From IMG/VR virus record IMGVR_UViG_3300011982_000018, positions 1-6,142 of that record: a stretch of DNA of 6,142 nt; one strand, given 5' to 3'. The translations under genes and the position numbers were made by a program. Positions within the stretch are counted from its first letter, which is position 1. Every line of letters starts with the position of its first letter. Shown in pieces: positions 1-5,661 of the stretch. Under the pieces are notes generated by a model. It ran no database searches and had not been told where the DNA came from. It saw only the letters and a program-made list of their open reading frames with translations. The stretch is from a virus.

Positions 1-26
1 AATAACGTTATAATACTTAAGAGTTA
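1..26. repeat. Terminal redundancy copy 1 (assembly overlap of a circular genome)
   Basis: aataacgttataatacttaagagtta at 1-26 is identical to 6117-6142. Confidence 0.95.
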
Positions 27-942
27 AATTATCTAATGAAATTAATTTATATTGTATATATTTTTCCGTATCAACTTTTAATATCCTATCATATAAAGCA
101 TTACTTTTTAAACCTTTACGACCATCAAAGGCTAACACGTTAGAATACATATATTTATTAATTACATATTGAGGTATCGGAGCGTATTTTTTCGTTAAAG
201 GGTTTAAAATACCACGATGCAAAGTTCCCGAAAAATCATTAATTAGCTGATTTTCAAGAGATTGACCAATACCATTACTCTGAAGAATACGAGGAAAACA
301 ACGCAATACTTCAAGAGCTTTCTCATATTCCTTTTTACTTTTCAACTCATAGTAATATTGTTTTAATCTAATTATTTTCGGATGTCCTAAATAGGCAACA
401 TCTTTTGTAATATATTTAGAAACGTAAGAAGCGGCAGAGTGTCGAGAACGTAACAAAGCTTTATTATAACTACCTATATTTTTATCGGGGAATACAAAGC
501 CAAGTTTTAAAGAATTATCCCAAATATCTCGGACTAAATCAATAAAATCTCTATATTTAGATTTATCGTGTACAAATAATAATAAATGGTAATGCTGTCT
601 TTTAGTTTCAGTTCCGTATTCCATACAAATAAAATACTTATAACCGCCTAATTGTTTACGACGGCTATATACTTTTAATCGGTTAAGAAAAATCTGCAAG
701 TGTTCACGATTAAACACAGGCGCATACTCGTTATATAAAGGATTATAAGTAAAAGGCAAAGACTTATTATTATATGTAAGAAGCAACATTAAGCAAGTGC
801 CGCCAATTTTATAAGTATCATAAATCTCACTGCATAAACGTTGGTAGTATCCATCACGCCTAACAGCTGAATTTATAACACTATTTTCAGGTACATAAGT
901 ACCGCAACTAAAGGAAAAATAAGAGGGTTTATTAATTAACAT
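1..942 (-). CDS. VP4: Rolling-circle replication initiator (Microviridae VP4 / phiX174 gene A-like HUH endonuclease), N-terminal 314 codons. The ORF runs off the window start and continues at 6116 across the circular junction.
   Basis: ATG at 942-940 follows an in-frame stop at 954-952, and the frame stays open to base 1 (exactly 314 codons). My translation begins MLINKPSYFSFSCGTYVPEN. Motif 1-like LMLLLTY lies at aa 51-57. The HUH motif RQHYHLLLF has H-Y-H encoded at 594-586. The double-tyrosine motif YVSKYITK is encoded at 426-403, with Y-x-x-x-Y spacing as in phiX174 protein A. It is missing from the ORF track only because there is no stop inside the window. Confidence 0.9.
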   Translation of the reverse strand, partial: MLINKPSYFSFSCGTYVPENSVINSAVRRDGYYQRLCSEIYDTYKIGGTCLMLLLTYNNKSLPFTYNPLYNEYAPVFNREHLQIFLNRLKVYSRRKQLGGYKYFICMEYGTETKRQHYHLLLFVHDKSKYRDFIDLVRDIWDNSLKLGFVFPDKNIGSYNKALLRSRHSAASYVSKYITKDVAYLGHPKIIRLKQYYYELKSKKEYEKALEVLRCFPRILQSNGIGQSLENQLINDFSGTLHRGILNPLTKKYAPIPQYVINKYMYSNVLAFDGRKGLKSNALYDRILKVDTEKYIQYKLISLDNLTLKYYNVI

Positions 943-981
943 AATGAAATATTATTTATATAGAGTAAATGTACATATTTC

Positions 982-1004
982 ACAACACAGGGGTTGTCGG
1001 TTGT
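982..1004. other. GC-rich motif and short hairpin in the VP2-Rep intergenic region; copy 1 of the shared motif
   Basis: Sequence acaacacaggggttgtcggttgt. ACAAC (982-986) can pair with either GTTGT (993-997 or 1000-1004). GGTTGT occurs twice in tandem. It contains AACACAGGGGTTG-TCG-GTTGT. Confidence 0.4.
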
Positions 1005-1008
1005 ACCG

Positions 1009-1036
1009 ATTGAGCATAATTAGGCAAGTGAGCACC
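1009..1036 (-). other. dif-like 28-mer (possible XerC/D recombination site); weak call
   Basis: Minus strand reads GGTGCTCACTT-GCCTAA-TTATGCTCAAT. E. coli dif is GGTGCGCATAA-TGTATA-TTATGTTAAAT. Matches are 7/11 in the left arm, 9/11 in the right arm and 17/28 overall. The site is intergenic. Confidence 0.25.
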
Positions 1037-1086
1037 CACTAACTAACGCGTGGATGTTTTAAATGTATTTTTCACAGTATAGATTA

Positions 1087-2370
1087 TCATTTCTTTACGT
1101 GATTTACTGTTACAGTTCTAGATTTACCAAGTGCACCACCTGTAGCAGCACCAGCAGCAGCAGGCGCAGCGTTTTGCAACGTTTCACCAATACCACCAAG
1201 TAAACAAACACCAAGAGCAGCCCAATCCATTTTACCAGTATCGAAATATTTCTTCATAATATTCTTAAAAGTAAACGACATTTCCGCTACTTTGTCACTA
1301 ATATCTAAAGATTTCAAAAGGCTATCTAATTTAGTAAATGCATCCATTTGTCTAATATTTGCCCACATTTCTCTAATATGAGCATCTATCTCACGAATCT
1401 TAGAATTATTTAAATTAATTTCAGAAGCATTTTTATCAATATTAGACTGAGTTAAAGCAACTTGTAACTCTTCAACTTTTAATCTAAACTGTTTACAAGC
1501 TTCAAAAAAGTCGTTACCATTTTTAAGCTGTCTAACTTCTTCAACAGCTTTTTTATAGATTTCAACAGGAAGCTGAGAAATAGCTTTGATACTTTCTGGG
1601 TTATCCATAATAGTATAAAGGTTTTGCTTATAAATATATTCTGCTCGTTGACTCTCTTGTTCTGCTCGTTCAATATCCATACCCTGAGAAATTAAATCAA
1701 GCTGACCAATAGCGTACTTAAAACGTGTCTCACTCATATATCCGTCAGAAGCTTTAGCTATAACGGTAGCTCCGTCTTCATCCATCTTCTTACGTTCCTC
1801 ATCAGTAAGATTTGCATCTGCAACACGTTTCTTTTCCTCGAAGAAATTACGTAACCATTCAATGCGATAATTAGATTGTTTAGTTTCATCCTCATATTGA
1901 CGTTTCTTATTTGCGTTTTCAATGTCCTGACCTTCCTTTTCAGATACCAATTTATCAGCCGTTTTTTCAAGAACTTTAGATTGTGTAAGATTCATAATAC
2001 CCGAAAGCAAATCACCACTAGAGGGCTGCGAAATGGAAGATACGGGAACTTGCTGAGTAGCATTAGAATTAACACTACCACCATTAAATCCACCGTTCAA
2101 GGCAGCTACGGAAAGCCCTGCAGCCTGCTGCCCACTTTTCTGTATTAATGGAGTATCATACATTAAATTACGCTGATATTTGTCATTTGTAGCTGCCATT
2201 TCTTTAGCGTTTGCCATATCTATAGCTGTTTTTTTCCTATATTGAGCAATAGCTGAAGCACTATCAACTTTATTACCTAAAAATTTTGAAAGCAAACCAA
2301 AACCAAGTTTAAAACCTAATCCGCCTATACTTTGACCAGCAATCCCACTCAAAAAACTACCTAAACTCAT
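1087..2370 (-). CDS. VP2: Minor capsid / DNA pilot protein (VP2, functional analogue of phiX174 H)
   Basis: 427-aa ORF directly downstream of the major capsid gene. The N-terminus is Gly-rich and hydrophobic (MSLGSFLSGIAGQSIGGLGFKLGFGLL). The centre is long, K/E/Q-rich and looks like a coiled coil. The C-terminus is Gly/Ala-rich and hydrophobic (ALGVCLLGGIGETLQNAAPAAAGAATGGALG). This architecture and gene position match microvirus pilot proteins. The call rests on architecture, not on recognised sequence identity. Confidence 0.8.
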   Translation of the reverse strand: MSLGSFLSGIAGQSIGGLGFKLGFGLLSKFLGNKVDSASAIAQYRKKTAIDMANAKEMAATNDKYQRNLMYDTPLIQKSGQQAAGLSVAALNGGFNGGSVNSNATQQVPVSSISQPSSGDLLSGIMNLTQSKVLEKTADKLVSEKEGQDIENANKKRQYEDETKQSNYRIEWLRNFFEEKKRVADANLTDEERKKMDEDGATVIAKASDGYMSETRFKYAIGQLDLISQGMDIERAEQESQRAEYIYKQNLYTIMDNPESIKAISQLPVEIYKKAVEEVRQLKNGNDFFEACKQFRLKVEELQVALTQSNIDKNASEINLNNSKIREIDAHIREMWANIRQMDAFTKLDSLLKSLDISDKVAEMSFTFKNIMKKYFDTGKMDWAALGVCLLGGIGETLQNAAPAAAGAATGGALGKSRTVTVNHVKK

Positions 2371-2403
2371 AAATATAAAATATAAGGGGGGGATATACCC
2401 CCC
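2371..2403 (-). terminator. Intrinsic-terminator-like hairpin plus T-tract between VP1 and VP2
   Basis: Minus strand reads GGGGGG-TATAT-CCCCCCC (2403-2386), followed at once by TTATATTTTATATTT (2385-2371) and then the VP2 ATG at 2370. The stem is 6 G:C pairs with a 5-nt loop. It lies 23 nt after the VP1 stop. Confidence 0.5.
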
Positions 2404-2426
2404 AAGTTAACAATAAATAATAAAAA

Positions 2427-4445
2427 CTAAACGTTAGATACAGAAGTAGTAGAATTGTCAGTATCCTCTTCAAAAGTATCAAAAGAATTAGAAAGAGGTT
2501 TTAACGAGTTTACAAATTTAGCACTCACAACGCACTGAATAGTAAAATTATCGTCAGCACGTGATAAAGTATCATCTTCAGGAGAAGAGTTACCCGAATT
2601 TAAGAATATACGGTTAAAATAACCTAATTGAGGATATTTTGAGATATACCGCCATTCTGTCCCAGCATCAGGAATATCGTTGCGAATAACCAATAAATTT
2701 TTATCGCTATCAACAATAATTTCCTTGCGTTGTATCCACCTATCAAGATGAAAAGATAAAAAACTGTCTTTGGTAGAGTGCAAACGCATATCTCCATTTA
2801 TCAAATTTTTCTTATACTTGAATTGACTATAACGGGGTAAGAAGCCAAAAGATTTATTAGTAGTATTATCCAAATTGTCAATATTGATACCGTTATTATC
2901 AATTATTTGCGCAAGTGGGGTTAGCTCATATCCGAGTGAATCAAATTCAGCAGTGGGAAAAGTGTACCGGCTTGTCATATATAATTGTGGGTCGTCTCCT
3001 TGAAAATAATAACTAACAGGATATACAGCTGTAAAACCAATCAAAAAGCCAAATTCAGAAGCTTTAAACTTAAACGAGTTTTCACCACTAAAACCATCAC
3101 CACGCCCGCCACGCTTACCAAGTGGCTCGCCTTGTGTACCATCTTTAGTTAAAGTATCTGCACTACTGTACATGTCGTCTAACTGCACATCTGTTATAAA
3201 AGTTGCAATATCGTTAGAATCTCCAAATAACTCACTAACTTTTGCACTACCATAATGAACTCTTACCCATTCTTTAATACGGTTGCCAACTAAAGAGTTT
3301 TTGTTAAGAAAACGAGTAACTCGTTGTAATGTTTGAATATTAATTAAAGATAAATCGGTTTTATTGTCAATATTCGGAACAGATTGTTTACCGTAAGGAC
3401 TAGGAGTTTCAGCAGAAGAAGAACCCGACTTTAAACCTAGTGTAATATCCCCTGCAACATTTTCGAGCGGAGAAGTTTGATTTGCTGAAAAATAATCATC
3501 AGGAAATACATACCAAGTATTAGCCAACTCTTCAAAAAAGTTAATCAAAAGAGAATGATATGTATTATTTTCTTTAGTGTCTAAAGTGGTTAAATCCTGC
3601 AAATTGGCTTCAAATATCGTGTTAATGAGCTCAAAACAAGCAGTATTCTGCCAACCTTTAAAACGAGTAGGATAATACTTATCGAACCAAGCCTTATAAT
3701 ACGCAAACAAAGGCAATACGCTTACAGGATTCATATTACACGCATCAAGAGAGTAACCAAGACCTTTAAATATTTTAAATAAACGCTTACCAGCGTTTGA
3801 CAAACGAATATATAAAATTTTATTATCGTCCATAGTTAGCATAAAATCACAATTACTATACGATATTGTAGTATCGATAAAATCGCCACTACGTAAAGTG
3901 TACTTTGATTTAAATACATCGTATTTATCATCGAATTTCATACCTTTATTTTTGAAAAACTTCAAATATAAATCCCAACTACTAGGTATTGAATTCGTAA
4001 GTGTCATCTTTATCAAAGAATTAGGACTAATATGCAAAGCTTTTGTTTTTTCAGCTCGGTAACCTTGAAAATTTAATTTACCATAAAAAAGTCCAAGCAT
4101 AAAAACTAAGTAAGAATTCGAAATGGTAGGTACTTTTGTGGGCTTATAATTGACCAAATAAGAATGTATATCTTTACCAGCTAATAAAGCTTCAAATTGC
4201 GGAAATATTTCACGCATTGGCACAAAGCGGAAATTATTCACACATTTTATAAAACCAAAAGTAGGATTTGGCATAACGGCATTACGTACCAACTGTTTAA
4301 ACTCTCTTATAATATAAGTGTCGTTTGGTGCTAAATATTGGCTACAAATTGGTTGAAAACTTCCGAAGTCACTAGTAGTATTTATATTATAACTACCATC
4401 GTGAGCATATTTTTTTGTATGAGAACCTAAATTAAACTTCAACAT
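2427..4445 (-). CDS. VP1: Major capsid protein (VP1 / phiX174 F-like)
   Basis: 672-aa ORF, the largest in the genome, with ATG at 4445-4443. The N-terminal pattern is typical of microvirus capsid N-termini: ...TTSDFGSFQPICSQYLAPNDTY...QLVRNAVMPNPTFGF...FRFVPMREIFPQF (D-x-G-x-L-x-P, then P-x-D, then R...P...P, then FVP). The size and the VP1-VP2-VP4 gene order fit Alpavirinae-like gut microviruses. Confidence 0.9.
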   Translation of the reverse strand: MLKFNLGSHTKKYAHDGSYNINTTSDFGSFQPICSQYLAPNDTYIIREFKQLVRNAVMPNPTFGFIKCVNNFRFVPMREIFPQFEALLAGKDIHSYLVNYKPTKVPTISNSYLVFMLGLFYGKLNFQGYRAEKTKALHISPNSLIKMTLTNSIPSSWDLYLKFFKNKGMKFDDKYDVFKSKYTLRSGDFIDTTISYSNCDFMLTMDDNKILYIRLSNAGKRLFKIFKGLGYSLDACNMNPVSVLPLFAYYKAWFDKYYPTRFKGWQNTACFELINTIFEANLQDLTTLDTKENNTYHSLLINFFEELANTWYVFPDDYFSANQTSPLENVAGDITLGLKSGSSSAETPSPYGKQSVPNIDNKTDLSLINIQTLQRVTRFLNKNSLVGNRIKEWVRVHYGSAKVSELFGDSNDIATFITDVQLDDMYSSADTLTKDGTQGEPLGKRGGRGDGFSGENSFKFKASEFGFLIGFTAVYPVSYYFQGDDPQLYMTSRYTFPTAEFDSLGYELTPLAQIIDNNGINIDNLDNTTNKSFGFLPRYSQFKYKKNLINGDMRLHSTKDSFLSFHLDRWIQRKEIIVDSDKNLLVIRNDIPDAGTEWRYISKYPQLGYFNRIFLNSGNSSPEDDTLSRADDNFTIQCVVSAKFVNSLKPLSNSFDTFEEDTDNSTTSVSNV

Positions 4446-4454
4446 AATAAAAAA

Positions 4455-4727
4455 TTAAACATTAATATCTTGTGCATTCAAAACCTTTAAAGCTGAAGTA
4501 TCATCAATAGGAGTTATACCTAACACAGAGGGGTTGAGTTGTGTTAGGCTTATTCCTGCATCTAGAAGTACGTCTAACTCGTACTCTTTATATGGCGGCA
4601 ATACAGCAGGTTTATTGACATTTTTAGTAACTAATACTTTACCATTCTGCAAAGTATCTTTTAACGTAACTCTGTCGGTATTAATTCCTCCTGCAATAAC
4701 AGGAGGGGGAAGAATTTTTCCAAACAT
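4455..4727 (-). CDS. Hypothetical 90-aa protein immediately upstream of VP1. A scaffolding or minor structural role is possible but unproven.
   Basis: ATG at 4727-4725. The TAA stop at 4457-4455 lies only 9 nt before the VP1 ATG. It is on the same strand as all other genes and packed tightly with its neighbours. Pro-rich segments are present (ILPPPVIAGG, KPAVLPPYKEY). I recognise no family motif. Confidence 0.6.
   Translation of the reverse strand: MFGKILPPPVIAGGINTDRVTLKDTLQNGKVLVTKNVNKPAVLPPYKEYELDVLLDAGISLTQLNPSVLGITPIDDTSALKVLNAQDINV
4519..4548. other. 9-bp perfect inverted repeat with a 12-nt loop, embedded in the 90-aa ORF; copy 2 of a shared motif
   Basis: CCTAACACA (4519-4527) pairs with TGTGTTAGG (4540-4548); the loop is gaggggttgagt. 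It contains AACACAGAGGGGTTG-A-GTTGT, closely similar to 984-1004. Confidence 0.5.
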
Positions 4728-4728
4728 A

Positions 4729-4824
4729 CTACTTACGAATTTTAGGTTTTTTTGTGAATAAGCCTATTACAAAACTTACTACCGCAATGATAGCGTTAAT
4801 TAACTCTGGGTTTAAATGTTCCAT
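4729..4824 (-). CDS. Small 31-aa single-pass membrane protein (not in the ORF track); candidate holin-like or lysis accessory protein
   Basis: Hand translation gives MEHLNPELINAIIAVVSFVIGLFTKKPKIRK. The ATG is at 4824-4822 and the TAG at 4731-4729, 1 nt before the ATG of the 90-aa ORF (TAGTATG on the minus strand). It has an acidic N-terminus, a hydrophobic stretch of about 16-19 residues and a +5 basic tail. It is the first ORF after the 217-nt noncoding island. Confidence 0.45.
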   Translation of the reverse strand: MEHLNPELINAIIAVVSFVIGLFTKKPKIRK

Positions 4825-4921
4825 AATTCAATATATTAAAATTTATAACTAAAAAATAACTATACATGGAAATTGCCGCAGGCGCAGTATTTAGGTATCG
4901 CTTACACATTCGTTTCAGCTC

Positions 4922-4963
4922 GTGCGCAAGATGCTACATTTCATTTCGCATCAACGGGCGCAC
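4922..4963. other. Compound stem-loop inside the GC-rich noncoding island
   Basis: GTGCGC (4922-4927) pairs with GCGCAC (4958-4963). Nested inside, GATGC (4930-4934) pairs with GCATC (4948-4952), leaving a 13-nt loop. That is 11 Watson-Crick pairs with one internal loop. Confidence 0.5.
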
Positions 4964-4998
4964 ATTTTAACCGCTACGCTTTATAGTGCTATCGCTAT

Positions 4999-5015
4999 GG
5001 GGGCAGTGTGCCCCC
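4999..5015. other. Perfect 7-bp / 3-nt-loop hairpin, 26 nt downstream of the peptidase stop
   Basis: GGGGGCA-GTG-TGCCCCC. A second CCCCC run at 5020-5024 offers an alternative pairing partner. On the minus strand it is followed by ATAGCGATAGCAC, which is not a T-tract, so it is not a classical terminator. Confidence 0.5.
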
Positions 5016-5041
5016 TATACCCCCTCTTTCGCCTTACAGCA

Positions 5042-5371
5042 TTATTTAGGGTCGTACTCTATATGTACGTGGTCCTTTTCTATTACAATATCCAATATTT
5101 TATTAAAATGAAACTTAAGGAAATTAACAAATTGATTTACTTGAATATCGGTTTTATCCTTAGTTCTTACATCAATGGCTAAACCTTTATAATGCAAAGA
5201 GTTCTGCATATGTTTACCATCAGTAGTAGATGTTATAACCATATAGATTTTAAATAGTTTAAAATGAATATACGCTATAATATTAACGTACATATTCATT
5301 ACACTACATAATGTATCGGTAGGTACACCGTCCTTATATTGAACGGTGTACATAAATGATTTATTTTTCAT
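5042..5371 (-). CDS. Zinc D,D-/L,D-peptidase of the LAS / peptidase M15 type (candidate peptidoglycan hydrolase or endolysin), 109 aa from the ATG at 5371
   Basis: The motif SLHYKGLAID (S-x-H-x-x-G-x-A-x-D, i.e. H-x6-D) is encoded at 5200-5171. The motif H-V-H in DHVHIEYD is encoded at 5071-5063. Order and spacing match the Zn ligands of LAS/M15 enzymes. The track ORF begins at a GTG at 5395. The ATG at 5371-5369 overlaps the upstream ORF stop by 11 nt (ATGAAAAATAA), a typical coupled arrangement, so I prefer it. Confidence 0.7.
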   Translation of the reverse strand: MKNKSFMYTVQYKDGVPTDTLCSVMNMYVNIIAYIHFKLFKIYMVITSTTDGKHMQNSLHYKGLAIDVRTKDKTDIQVNQFVNFLKFHFNKILDIVIEKDHVHIEYDPK

Positions 5372-5630
5372 ATAAATAAGAATGATAAATAACACTTTTA
5401 AACTTAACTCGCTTAAAACAATATGATTTAACCATAGCTTTTAAGCGATTTAAATCCTTAACCTTAACAAAATCGCTATTATTTTTTGTGCAATCAATTA
5501 ACGTCATATCGTAAATATAAGCCGTCCAAATATCAAAAGAAATAGGAGATTGATAACTAACAATGTAACAACCATAACCATTTGGCATAAACCTAAAATC
5601 AGTAAGACTAATTTTAACTCTCTTTGTCAT
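5361..5630 (-). CDS. Hypothetical basic 89-aa protein, first gene after the promoter and upstream of the peptidase
   Basis: ATG at 5630-5628, 31 nt downstream of a consensus Bacteroides -7 box. It overlaps the peptidase ATG. By my count it has 15 K/R against 7 D/E. I recognise no family motif. Confidence 0.6.
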   Translation of the reverse strand: MTKRVKISLTDFRFMPNGYGCYIVSYQSPISFDIWTAYIYDMTLIDCTKNNSDFVKVKDLNRLKAMVKSYCFKRVKFKSVIYHSYLYEK

Positions 5631-5661
5631 AACGTATAATATTTAAATGTTTAACTTGATG

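Noticed and set aside
943-980. TACATTTA boxes upstream of rep as a Bacteroides -7 element
   Set aside because: The final G of TAnnTTTG is missing, and no TTTG lies 19-21 nt upstream. At best this is a weak promoter, and rep may be expressed by read-through.
1035-1062. CCAC...GTGG inverted repeat around the ACGCGT palindrome downstream of VP2, as a possible terminator
   Set aside because: The stem is only 4 bp with a 10-nt loop and no T-tract, so it is too weak to call.
1479-1673. 64-aa ORF overprinted in VP2 on the same strand
   Set aside because: It also begins with a TTG start, has low-complexity composition and lies wholly inside VP2. Most likely a chance open frame in AT-rich sequence.
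1758-1970. 70-aa very basic ORF overprinted in another frame of VP2, on the same strand. It is tempting as a J-like DNA-binding protein, since microviruses are known for overlapping genes.
   Set aside because: It starts at TTG, not ATG. Its K/R/N richness is what a frame shift of the K/E-rich, A-rich VP2 coiled-coil region would produce anyway. I see no independent signal. It would need conservation analysis to revive it.
1876-2148. Plus-strand 90-aa ORF
   Set aside because: It is antisense to VP2, hydrophobic and low-complexity, as expected for a shadow frame. All credible genes are on the other strand, as expected for a microvirus.
4534-4761. Plus-strand 75-aa ORF
   Set aside because: It is an antisense shadow of the 90-aa ORF and the small TM ORF, with no supporting signals.
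4796-4909. 37-aa minus-strand ORF (MCKRYLNTAPAAISMYSYF...) spanning the end of the GC-rich island and overlapping the start of the TM ORF
   Set aside because: It has no recognisable features, overlaps the better-supported TM ORF in another frame and crosses a sharp composition boundary. Probably chance.
5011-5024. G5-TATA-G5 on the coding strand as a possible G-quadruplex (also the G7 run at 2386-2392)
   Set aside because: Each locus has only two G-runs, and an intramolecular quadruplex needs four. The adjacent complementary C-runs make ordinary hairpins the simpler explanation.
4922-5182. Plus-strand 86-aa ORF starting in the GC-rich island
   Set aside because: It has a non-ATG start, and its second half is antisense to the peptidase gene. 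The opposite-strand arrangement does not fit the rest of the genome.
5372-5395. GTG start at 5395 giving a 117-aa peptidase with a hydrophobic LFIILIY N-terminus (possible signal or SAR anchor)
   Set aside because: The hydrophobic stretch is only about 7 residues, too short for a membrane anchor. The extension overlaps the upstream ORF by 35 nt. The ATG at 5371, with an ATGAAAAATAA overlap, is a more conventional coupled start. The longer form is not excluded.
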